A stretch of DNA of 34,822 nucleotides from Desulfobacterales bacterium (lineage in GTDB: Bacteria; Desulfobacterota; Desulfobacteria; Desulfobacterales; UBA11574): assembly GCA_012974475.1 (NCBI GenBank), contig JAAXQD010000116.1:1-34822 (forward strand). The letters are read 5' to 3'. Each line of letters opens with the position of its first letter. The first letter of the stretch is position 1. The position numbers and the translations under genes were made by a program. Below, one piece after another: positions 26,929 to 34,822 of this stretch. The notes beneath the pieces are model-generated. The model saw only the letters and a list, made by a program, of their open reading frames with translations. It was not told the origin of the DNA and did no database searches.

Positions 26929-27633
26929 TTAGCTTTTTTCCTGCATAACCAGATGTGTTCCGTAAAGGCCGATGAAAACAACACTTAGAAAATAGAGAAT
27001 GTCCCGGGAATCGACAATCCCCTTGGCAATGTTTTGGAAATGAAAATCAGCCCCAAGATACCCGATAACACCCAGAAGAGAATTGGGGAAGAAAAAGAGC
27101 ATTTTGTCGATCAACGTCAGGGAAAAGCAGATAGCCATGCCCACAACAAACGCGATGATCTGGTTGCGTGTCAGGGATGAGGAAAACAGACCCACAGCGA
27201 CAAAGGCCGCACCCAGCAAAAGGGCGCCCAGATAACCGCCTGCCACAGGTCCCCAGTCCAACTGCCCCATAAATGCGATGCAGATTGGATAGGCTAAGGT
27301 GGGCAGCAGAGCCGCGGCGACGAATAACACGCCGGCCAGGAATTTGCCCAGAAGAACATCCTTAAATGTTACCGGCAGGGTGATAAGCAGTTCATAGGAT
27401 CCCACATTCATTTCCTCGGAAAACAATCGCATGGTCACTGCCGGGATGAGGAAGGCGAAGGTAATGGGGAGCAGACCAAAAAAGTTTCTCAGGTCTGCCT
27501 GGTTATAATAGAAAAATGTCGTAAAAAAGAACCACCCCGTCACCAGCAAAAAAATTGATATGACGATATAGGCGATGGGGGATATAAAATAGTCTTTTAA
27601 TTCCTTGTTGCAGATGCGGATAGCCTGGTGCAT
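26929..27633 (-). CDS. ABC-2 type permease (GldF-like)
   Basis: Strong SD AAGGAGG lies 6 nt before ATG 27633. It starts 1 nt after the ATPase stop. Six hydrophobic helices. Confidence 0.8.
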   Translation of the reverse strand: MHQAIRICNKELKDYFISPIAYIVISIFLLVTGWFFFTTFFYYNQADLRNFFGLLPITFAFLIPAVTMRLFSEEMNVGSYELLITLPVTFKDVLLGKFLAGVLFVAAALLPTLAYPICIAFMGQLDWGPVAGGYLGALLLGAAFVAVGLFSSSLTRNQIIAFVVGMAICFSLTLIDKMLFFFPNSLLGVIGYLGADFHFQNIAKGIVDSRDILYFLSVVFIGLYGTHLVMQEKS

Positions 27634-27634
27634 G

Positions 27635-28573
27635 TCAGTCCTCCTTGGTGAGTTCTCGGAATATGTTCTCAAGGGTTTTGGTCTCCTGATGAAACCCGAT
27701 AAGAACCCAGGATGTCTGTTTAATGGTTTGGTAAATGGTTTCTCTCAGATCCACGGCGGATTCGCAGGCAAGGCGAACCTTTAAGGAGCCGCCGGGAGTT
27801 TCATCGATCTGTTCTGTGTTTTCAATGCCTTGAATTCCGTTGAGTCCATGGCATACTTTTTGAAAATCTGCGTTGAGTAGTTCTAAATGGATAAAATGTT
27901 TTTGACCTGCGGTCTGCTTGAGGTTTTCCACATGGTCGTCCGCAACGATCTTGCCGTTATTGAGAATCACCACCCGATCGCAGGTGGCTTCAACTTCGCT
28001 GAGAATATGGGTGGAGAGAATGACGGTTTTCTCCTCACCGATCTTTCGGATGATCTCCCGGATTTCGACGATCTGATTGGGATCGAGGCCGGATGTGGGC
28101 TCATCTAAAATCAGGATTTCCGGGTCGGTCATCATGGCGTGGGCCAGGCCGACCCGCTGATTCAAGCCTTTGGACAGCTCATTGATGCTCCGGTGCATAA
28201 TTTCGCCCAGTCCGCACAAATCCACAAGCTGTCGAATCCTAAAAGCCCTTTGGTCTTTGTCCAGCCCCCGGATTCCGGCAACGTAGTCGAGATAATCGAA
28301 GACCAGCATGTTGTGATACAGGGGGGCGGACTCGGGCAGATATCCGATGAGTTTTTTGATTTCCAGTAAATTTTCGTCGAGGAGATAGTCCTTGACGCGA
28401 ATGGTTCCGGATGTGGGCATAAAATAACCGGTGAGCATCCGCAAAGTGGTTGTTTTACCTGCGCCGTTGGGGCCCAGCAGGCCGAGGACCTCACCTTTAT
28501 GGATGTCGACACTGATGCGATCCACAGCGCAAAACTCGTTGTAATATTTGGTCAAATTTTCAACATGGATCAT
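27635..28573 (-). CDS. ABC transporter ATP-binding protein (GldA-like)
   Basis: Walker A GPNGAGKTT, signature LSKGLNQR and Walker B ILILDEPTSGLD. SD AAGGA is upstream. Confidence 0.9.
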   Translation of the reverse strand: MIHVENLTKYYNEFCAVDRISVDIHKGEVLGLLGPNGAGKTTTLRMLTGYFMPTSGTIRVKDYLLDENLLEIKKLIGYLPESAPLYHNMLVFDYLDYVAGIRGLDKDQRAFRIRQLVDLCGLGEIMHRSINELSKGLNQRVGLAHAMMTDPEILILDEPTSGLDPNQIVEIREIIRKIGEEKTVILSTHILSEVEATCDRVVILNNGKIVADDHVENLKQTAGQKHFIHLELLNADFQKVCHGLNGIQGIENTEQIDETPGGSLKVRLACESAVDLRETIYQTIKQTSWVLIGFHQETKTLENIFRELTKED

Positions 28574-28614
28574 GGTTTTTCCTTTTTATCGACGGTTTGT
28601 TTTTATTGGCATGT

Positions 28615-28643
28615 CTTTTAGGAAATTTTTAAGCGTTCATCAA
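28615..28643 (-). promoter_or_regulatory. Candidate sigma-70 promoter of the gldA-like operon
   Basis: On the minus strand: TTGATG (28643-28638), a 17-nt spacer, then TAAAAG (28620-28615). It lies about 40 nt upstream of the ATG at 28573. Confidence 0.25.
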
Positions 28644-28678
28644 GGCTAAAAATTTTGGGGGCATTGAAAAATTTTGTT

Positions 28679-28985
28679 TTATCCGGACAGGCGGTCCCAA
28701 AACGCCTTGCCTTTATCCGGATCCATACCGCCGCCGTAACCTGAAGTCCTGTCCGGTGGCGGGGTGTCTCTGGGCCGTGCAATTCGATCTTCCAGGGGCG
28801 GGCGGGTGGAGAACAATCTCATCATTTTCTTCCCGGTTCATGATGTCGAGGAGCCCTTCAGTAACCGCCACAACCGCATGTTCCGGTTTTTTGTATTGAC
28901 GGTTTCCCATAAGGTTAAAATTATATCTTAATCTTAAGTTTAACTGTTGGGTCATAACTATCTGGTAAAAAAAATAAAAAGGCAC
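28679..28985 (-). pseudogene. Relic of an M48-family (HtpX/BepA-like) zinc metalloprotease lacking the HExxH core
   Basis: One frame reads NFNLMGNRQYKKPEHAVVAVTEGLLDIMNREE, like NAFA.G....i.vt.GLl..l...E just upstream of HExxH. From about 28813 a different frame reads LFSTRPPLEDRIA, like the C-terminal sTHPp..eRI motif, with stop at 28679-28681. The intervening catalytic region is absent. Confidence 0.45.
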
Positions 28986-29444
28986 TTAAAAAACGAATCT
29001 TTCGCCGAAGAGATGACGCATTCCACTTTCGCTGGGTCAGGGTTAAATATAAATCCGTTTTTAAAAAATTCAAGCAGACGATTTCTCGCCCGAAGAAAAA
29101 TCCGCTGGGTTTCCTGTGCGGAGAGGAAAATGCTGGATCCTGGCCGTGAACTTGGCAATTGCCGGAACTTCGGCAAGCCGGTCCAAAAAAAAGCGGGGAC
29201 ACATCAATAAATTTACGATTTACAGGCGCCCATTTCAATGATATTAATGATACCATCGCTTCGCTTGTTCAAGTCCGACGAAATTTGCCATGTCCGCATT
29301 CAATTGGCGAATTCTCGAGGCATCGGTTTAAACCACTGCCTTTGGCGACGGTACCCTAAAAAGGTTTTACGGGTGTCGTAATTCTGCATTTTCAGCGCTC
29401 TTTACACACTTCAAGCTTTAGGCACCTAAATCAGGGCTCTTTTT

Positions 29445-31943
29445 ATGAGATCCAGTGTCCTCAAATATTTTTCGGCGTTGGCCATTCTTTTTTTGTTCTT
29501 TTTGACGGCCTGCAATTATCACATCCAAAAAAGGATTCCCCCGAAAGCCATAAAAGGGGTTCTCGACCTCACCGATTGGGATTTTAAGCGGGACGGACCC
29601 GTCGACCTCTCCGGCGAATATGCATTCTACTGGAAGCAATACTTTAATCCGTCAGATTTTTCCAAACCGATCCTGCCTCAAAAAACCGGATTCATCAGAG
29701 TGCCCGGGTATTGGAACGGTTATGAGGTCAACGGTCAGACCCTTCACGGTGATGGATATGCCACCTACCGTTTGAAAATCCTTCTGAAAACACAAAAAGA
29801 ACCCCTTGCCCTCAAAATTTTAAGCATGGGTACGGCATATATCCTTTTTTTAAACGATCAAAAAATAAGTTCGGTGGGGATTCCAGGCATTGATCGGGAA
29901 AGCACCGTCCCTCGATATTTTCCACAGGTCGTTGAATTCAGCCCTGAAACAAATCAGATGGATGTCATTTTCCAGGTATCCAATTTTCATCACAGACGGG
30001 GCGGACCTTGGGAACCTATCCATTTGGGGGAAGAAAAAGAAATACAAGAAATCAGGGAGGATCGTCTTTGCTTTGATCTGATGCTATTCGGCAGTATTTT
30101 CATTATGGCGCTGTATCATCTTTGTCTCTTTGCGCTGAGAAAAACGGATCGATCGTTCCTGTATTTTGGTGTTTTCTGTTTTCTGATCATGTTGAGGCTC
30201 CTCACCACCGGTGAAAGATATCTCGTTTATTTTTTTCCGAATATTCCCTGGGAGATCGTGATAAAGATTGAATATCTTTCCTTTTATCTATCAGTTCCTT
30301 TGTTGGTACTGTTTGCACAATCCCTCTTCCCCCGGGAAATTCCAAAGCGGATTCCAAACCTGATCGTTCCGATCGGGATTGCTTTTTCGTGCAGCGTAAT
30401 TTTTACCCCCGCAAGGATTTTTTCATATACGCTTCAGGGATACCAAATCATCACCATCATCACGATTATGTATGGACTCTATGTGCTCGTCGTTGCTTCC
30501 ATCCGAAAGAGAACCGGTGCGTTTGTCTTTCTCCTGGGATTTATCGTTTTAGCATTATCCGCCATAAACGACATGATGTACGTTGAAAAGATCATACAGA
30601 CCGGATATTTTGTACCGTTTGGCGTGTGTATCTTTATTTTTTCCCAGGCGCTTCTTCTTTCCTTTCGATTGACCAAGGCCTTTGAAATTGCAGAGACACA
30701 GTACAAGGAACTGAAGGATACTTATCAGGCATATAGAGGAGAAATCATCGATCGTGTGCAGGCCGAAGCAGATCTGCGGGCAAGCGAGCAAAAGTATAGA
30801 GCGATTCTTCATGGTATGGCCGACATATATTATGAGGTCGACCTGGAAGGAAACCTTACGTTCTTCAATGAACCTCTGTGCAAAATGCTCGGGTATTCCA
30901 GAGATGAAATGATGGGGATGAACAACCGGCAGTTCATGACCGAGGAGACCGGCAAGAGGGTCTATGAAACTTTTAGCAAGGTTTACCAAACAGAAGAACC
31001 CTCCAAGACTTACGATTGGGAGGCCATCACGAAAGACGGCAGTCAACGATATGTGGAGCTTTCCGTATCTCTGATAAAAGACGCAGACGGACGGCCCGCC
31101 GGGTTTCGGGGAATTACACATGACATTACCTACCGGAAGTTGGCTGAAGAGCAGGTCAGGTTACATCAGGAACAGCTTTTCCAGGCCAGTAAAATGGTTG
31201 CCTTGGGGACGCTTGTTTCGGGCGTGGCCCACGAAGTGAACAATCCCAACAATTTCATTCGGCTCAATACGCCCACACTGTCGGAGGCCTGGGAAAGTGC
31301 CATGCCGATCCTCGATGAATACTACCGGGAGAATGGCGATTTTATTCTCGGGGGGATGAATTACAGCGAGATGCGTGAAAAGATTCCGGTGTTGTTTTCC
31401 GGAATACTGGATGGGTCCGGACGTATCACACAGATTGTTGAAGACTTGAAGAATTTCGTACGGAAAGATATTTCAGAGATGACACAGTCGGTGAACATCA
31501 ATGATATTTTACGGTCTGCCATTTCCCTTATTTCCAATATGATAAAGAAGTCTACGCATCGTTTTTCAGTAGAATACGGCAGGGATTTACCTGTGCTGAC
31601 AGGCCATTCTCAAAGGCTCGAGCAGGTCTTTGTCAATTTGATTCAAAACGCTTGCCAGGCGCTTCCGGATTCTAAAAAAGGTATTTTTGTCTCGACGTCT
31701 TGGGATGAAACGGAGGCGGCTATTCGGATCAAAATACAAGATCAAGGGGTGGGGATTTCCCCCGAGAGTTTGCCGCAAATTACCGATCCCTTTTTTTCCA
31801 CCAAGCATGATTCGGGCGGAGTTGGGTTGGGCTTGTCGATCTCTTCAAGGATTGTGGAAACCCACGGCGGCAGATTGACGTTCATCTCGGAAATAGGGGA
31901 GGGAACCACGGCCGAAATTTTCTTGCCCGTTAAAGAAAGGTGA
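29445..31943 (+). CDS. 7TMR-DISM sensor histidine kinase (extracellular DISMED2 domain, 7 TM, PAS, HisKA, HATPase)
   Basis: Lipobox-like FLTAC near the N-terminus. GVLDLTDWDFKRDGPVDLSGEYAFYW is the DISMED2 start. It also has 7 hydrophobic helices (aa ~205-410), a PAS segment, the H-box GVAHEVNNPNNFI, the N-box NLIQNACQAL and G-boxes DQGVGI / GGVGLGLSIS. Confidence 0.85.
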   Translation: MRSSVLKYFSALAILFLFFLTACNYHIQKRIPPKAIKGVLDLTDWDFKRDGPVDLSGEYAFYWKQYFNPSDFSKPILPQKTGFIRVPGYWNGYEVNGQTLHGDGYATYRLKILLKTQKEPLALKILSMGTAYILFLNDQKISSVGIPGIDRESTVPRYFPQVVEFSPETNQMDVIFQVSNFHHRRGGPWEPIHLGEEKEIQEIREDRLCFDLMLFGSIFIMALYHLCLFALRKTDRSFLYFGVFCFLIMLRLLTTGERYLVYFFPNIPWEIVIKIEYLSFYLSVPLLVLFAQSLFPREIPKRIPNLIVPIGIAFSCSVIFTPARIFSYTLQGYQIITIITIMYGLYVLVVASIRKRTGAFVFLLGFIVLALSAINDMMYVEKIIQTGYFVPFGVCIFIFSQALLLSFRLTKAFEIAETQYKELKDTYQAYRGEIIDRVQAEADLRASEQKYRAILHGMADIYYEVDLEGNLTFFNEPLCKMLGYSRDEMMGMNNRQFMTEETGKRVYETFSKVYQTEEPSKTYDWEAITKDGSQRYVELSVSLIKDADGRPAGFRGITHDITYRKLAEEQVRLHQEQLFQASKMVALGTLVSGVAHEVNNPNNFIRLNTPTLSEAWESAMPILDEYYRENGDFILGGMNYSEMREKIPVLFSGILDGSGRITQIVEDLKNFVRKDISEMTQSVNINDILRSAISLISNMIKKSTHRFSVEYGRDLPVLTGHSQRLEQVFVNLIQNACQALPDSKKGIFVSTSWDETEAAIRIKIQDQGVGISPESLPQITDPFFSTKHDSGGVGLGLSISSRIVETHGGRLTFISEIGEGTTAEIFLPVKER

Positions 31944-32246
31944 CATCGTTGTGCTTTGAAAATAGGTGATTCCAAGAACCATTGAACTGTCACCGCTCGT
32001 CCCGTTGAATTTCGAGGATTCAACCGGGCAAGTGTATTTCCCGAAAGCGTGTTGGAGCGAAGTTTACCCCACCCGCCCCGTAGGTAGTTTGCTGTCGTAC
32101 CGGGGTGAAACCTATTTGTCTTTTCTGTTTAATCGGGGCGGGAATCCCCCATTGCGGGGCTGCGGACAACTTCAGATTTTACTATAACAAACGTATTCCA
32201 ACATATTGAAAAATTAATAAAATAATACGTTGAAAGGGGCAGAAGA

Positions 32247-33665
32247 ATGACGGCGTCCATGTATCCTGATTTTCCGGTCATGTTGGTAGATGATGAAGCG
32301 CAGGCTTTAGACAGTTTTGAAATTGCCCTCCGTTCAGCAAGTATGAACCATTTCATCCGCTGTCAGGACAGCCGCGATGTAATGCCGATGCTTTCCCGTC
32401 AGGAGATTGAAGTCATGCTCCTCGATTTGAGAATGCCCCATGTGTCCGGTGAAGCGCTGCTTCCGCTGATAATCGCCGACTTTCCTGAAATTCCGGTGAT
32501 TGTTATTACAGGGGCCAACGATGTAGACACCGCCGTCATGTGCATGAAACACGGTGCATTCGACTATATGGTGAAGCCTGTTGAAAAAAGTCGCCTTATC
32601 GGCGTCGTGAGACGGGCCGTGGAACTTCGTGAATTACAAAGGGAAAACCGATTGTTAAAGGCCCACGTCCTGTCCGACAAGCTGGAGCATCCCCATGCTT
32701 TTTCGGAGATTGTTACAAACAGTGCAAACATGCGGTCTATTTTTCAATACGTGGAGGCGATTTCCAGCAGCCCGCGGCCGGTTCTTATTACGGGAGAAAC
32801 CGGTGTCGGCAAAGAATTGGTTGCCAAGGCCGTGCATGCCCTGAGCAATCGCATGGGTGATTTTGTTCCGGTAAATGTGGCGGGTTTGGACGACAATGTT
32901 TTTGCAGACACCCTTTTTGGACATAAAAAAGGTGCTTTTACCGGTGCGGATCAGGCCCGCAGCGGCCTGATCGAACAGGCGTCCGGAGGAACGCTTTTTC
33001 TGGATGAAATCGGTGATCTGAGCCCTTCGTCACAGGTAAAACTTTTACGGCTTTTACAGGATGGCGATTTTTTTCCCCTTGGATCCGATGTCGCAAAAGG
33101 TTCCAATGCCCGAATCATCGTTGCCACGAATCAGGACATAGACGGGCTCAAGTCATCGGGCAAATTTCGCAAGGACCTTTACTACAGACTTTGTGATCAT
33201 CACATCCATATTCCAGCCCTTCGTGACCGTTTGGAGGATGTTCCCATTCTTATGGAGCACTTTTTGGAAAAAGCGTCTGAAACGCTGGGGAAGAAAAAGC
33301 CGACGCCGCCTGATGAACTGTCGATCCTGCTGTCCACCTATCACTTTCCCGGAAACATCAGAGAATTGGAATCCATGGTTTTCAATGCTGTGAGCAGCCA
33401 TAAATCCGGCAAGATTTCCATGGATCGCTTCAAATCGCATATCTATCAGAAGCATCCCGGATTTGAAGCACCCTCAAATAAAATGCTGCAGGAGAAGAAG
33501 GCCTTGATATCTTTTTCTGAGCAGTTGCCGACCCTCAAACAGGCTGAACAGCGCCTCATCGATGAAGCCATGAAACGGGCAAACGGCAACCAGTCCATTG
33601 CAGCTCTGAGCTTGGGAATCACGCGACAGGCATTGAACCGGCGTCTAAAACTCATCAGACAGTAA
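32247..33665 (+). CDS. Sigma-54-dependent response regulator (REC, AAA+, Fis-type HTH; NtrC family)
   Basis: REC motifs VMLVDDE...LLDLRMP. AAA+ motifs GETGVGKE, FGHKKGAFTGA (GAFTGA loop) and LFLDEIGDL. C-terminal HTH SIAALSLGITRQALNRRLK. SD GAAAGGGG is upstream. Confidence 0.9.
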   Translation: MTASMYPDFPVMLVDDEAQALDSFEIALRSASMNHFIRCQDSRDVMPMLSRQEIEVMLLDLRMPHVSGEALLPLIIADFPEIPVIVITGANDVDTAVMCMKHGAFDYMVKPVEKSRLIGVVRRAVELRELQRENRLLKAHVLSDKLEHPHAFSEIVTNSANMRSIFQYVEAISSSPRPVLITGETGVGKELVAKAVHALSNRMGDFVPVNVAGLDDNVFADTLFGHKKGAFTGADQARSGLIEQASGGTLFLDEIGDLSPSSQVKLLRLLQDGDFFPLGSDVAKGSNARIIVATNQDIDGLKSSGKFRKDLYYRLCDHHIHIPALRDRLEDVPILMEHFLEKASETLGKKKPTPPDELSILLSTYHFPGNIRELESMVFNAVSSHKSGKISMDRFKSHIYQKHPGFEAPSNKMLQEKKALISFSEQLPTLKQAEQRLIDEAMKRANGNQSIAALSLGITRQALNRRLKLIRQ

Positions 33666-33773
33666 AACCCCACGGGTTTGTGTTCGGGGACGCCAAGCCG
33701 TTTTAAAATCTCCCGTTGGTTGGAACGGTGCAAATAATTTTGCTTTGTAAACATTTCTTGCTATCCTTCAACG

Positions 33774-33823
33774 TGCTGATTTAACAGCATCCTGTCAGAA
33801 AATCAAAAATCGTGTCAAAAATT
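33774..33823 (+). promoter_or_regulatory. Candidate enhancer (UAS) sites for the sigma-54 activator
   Basis: Palindrome TGCTG-N6-CAGCA (33774-33789). Direct repeat TGTCAGAAAAT (33793-33803) / TGTCAAAAATT (33813-33823), spaced 20 bp. These lie about 200-250 bp upstream of the sigma-54 promoter. Confidence 0.25.
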
Positions 33824-34024
33824 GTTGCTCCCTTCTGCAAACTCCCTTTCGCCCCCATATCAGCCTCTTTGAAAAAAAGGTTTAAAATTTATCGACGCCG
33901 GAGAACTTTCTCCCATAAACGCAATACCGTATTGATAACACGCCAGTATATGCAGCGCAGGCCGCTGATCTTTCATTCATAAAAAACGGCGACCATGGCG
34001 GTATTTGGAGGGCAGCGTCATATT

Positions 34025-34040
34025 TGGAACGCGATTTGCT
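34025..34040 (+). promoter_or_regulatory. Sigma-54 (-24/-12) promoter
   Basis: TGGAAC-GCGAT-TTGCT compared with consensus TGGCAC-N5-TTGCW. GG at 34026-34027 and GC at 34038-34039 have the exact 12-nt register. It lies downstream of a sigma-54 activator gene and upstream of a plus-strand CDS. Confidence 0.6.
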
Positions 34041-34255
34041 CTATAAAACAATAAAACAGCAAAGCGCCCCTTTGTTAGGGCTCAACAAAATCGTCCGGAC
34101 GATGATATTTCGGCAAAGGGTCCAACAATTATCTAACGAAGATTTTGAAACGACGTCCGGACAATATGAACCTTTCCACAATATGGACATGGCCCGAAAC
34201 GAAGCAAAGCAAAATCGCGAACATCTTTCATCAGAAATTATGAGGAGAAAAAGCG

Positions 34256-34822
34256 ATGAACCAGAAAACCGATCGTTCCAGTTCTCAAAAACCGACGACA
34301 GCCGGCGGGATGTTTCCGAATAACAGCGGGTCCAGGAGGATCAACGTGCTGGGTCTGTGCCTTGGTGCCTCGACCATATCCCTGGTTCATCTGGATTATG
34401 AGCCGGTGGAGGATATAGGGAACCCCACAGGGGTTATTCGTCCGCCCCGGGTCGTGAAATATTCACGCCTTCCCCACGAAGGCGATCCCAAGCGGGCCCT
34501 GCTGTCCGCCGTCAACGGTTTCGACCTGGGTTCATTCGACCGGATTGTGGCCACCGGCCGGAAGTTCCGGGCGTTTGTCAATCTCACCTCCATCCCCGAA
34601 CCCGAAGCAGTGGAATATGCCTATCGATTTGTGAAGCCTTCCGGGGTTTCGTGTCCGGCAGTTGTTTCGGCCGGAGGAGAAACCTTTATGGTGTATGTGC
34701 TCAACCGATTGGGGCAGATCTCGAATGTATTGACCGGGAACAAGTGCGCTTCGGGAACCGGGGAATTCTTTCTTCAACAGCTGCGGAGAATGGACGTGTC
34801 TTTGGAAGAGGCCGCCCAATGG
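34256..34822 (+). CDS. BadF/BadG/BcrA/BcrD-type ATPase (CoA-substrate-specific enzyme activase-like), 5' part; runs off the window
   Basis: SD GAGGAG lies 8 nt before ATG 34256. The frame is open to the window end, so it is absent from the ORF track. LGLCLGASTISLV resembles the GIDxGST phosphate-1 loop. SAGGETFMVY...GNKCASGTGEFFLQQLRRMDVSLEE resembles DIGGQD...NDKCAAGTGRFLE. Confidence 0.7.
   Translation, partial: MNQKTDRSSSQKPTTAGGMFPNNSGSRRINVLGLCLGASTISLVHLDYEPVEDIGNPTGVIRPPRVVKYSRLPHEGDPKRALLSAVNGFDLGSFDRIVATGRKFRAFVNLTSIPEPEAVEYAYRFVKPSGVSCPAVVSAGGETFMVYVLNRLGQISNVLTGNKCASGTGEFFLQQLRRMDVSLEEAAQW

Noticed and set aside
29154-29163. Perfect 10-bp palindrome GGCAATTGCC in the divergent spacer; it superficially contains TGGCA and TTGC.
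   Set aside because: The spacing is wrong for a sigma-54 promoter. As a single short palindrome inside the putative M48 relic it cannot be assigned a function from sequence alone.
34024-34323. 99-aa track ORF spanning the sigma-54 promoter and the activase start.
   Set aside because: Its TTG start lies inside the -24 element and it has no SD. It overlaps the SD-supported activase frame, and its composition is highly charged and non-globular.
1-34822. Scan for CRISPR arrays, tRNA/rRNA/tmRNA genes, transposases, integrases, phage genes and defence genes.
   Set aside because: I saw no regularly spaced direct repeats, no cloverleaf-like conserved tRNA boxes in the spacers, and no ORF with recombinase, nuclease or defence signatures.

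Overview
This window looks like ordinary chromosomal backbone, not an accessory island. I see no CRISPR array, tRNA or rRNA gene, transposase, integrase, phage gene or recognisable defence or toxin-antitoxin module.

Gene layout:
- 2453-16519 is one long minus-strand block of housekeeping genes. In transcription order: small ORF, phoH, 7TM-HD (PgpH/YqfF-like), ybeY, pdxJ, nnr, tsaE, lysC, pcm, a fused membrane/spermidine-synthase-like protein, an MFS transporter and a DUF1232-J-domain protein.
- 16520-16687 is an AT-rich divergent spacer.
- 16688-23485 runs on the plus strand: cvpA, mazG and a GC-richer ybhGFSR-like HlyD/ABC-2 exporter.
- 23533-28573 is a convergent minus-strand gldA/gldF/gldG-like ABC cluster with a DUF4340-like gene.
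- The right end carries a 7TMR-DISM sensor kinase, a sigma-54-dependent NtrC-type response regulator, a near-consensus sigma-54 promoter and the 5' part of a BadF/BcrA-type activase gene.
- The left end carries a TPR fragment, then a PilZ/zinc-ribbon/TM protein followed closely by a dual-receiver protein.

I do not find a convincing undescribed system. The best candidates for follow-up are:
- the PilZ plus dual-REC pair;
- the internally duplicated membrane/SpeE-like protein;
- the uncharacterised gldAFG-DUF4340 transporter;
- the HK / sigma-54 regulator / sigma-54 promoter / activase module;
- an orphan terminator that may mark an sRNA;
- an M48-protease relic in an 870-bp divergent spacer;
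- three families of structured intergenic repeats.

The gene content, the sigma-54 regulator and promoter and the repeat types suggest an anaerobic deltaproteobacterium-like host, but that is inference only. All product calls come from motifs I recognise by eye; no database search was run.
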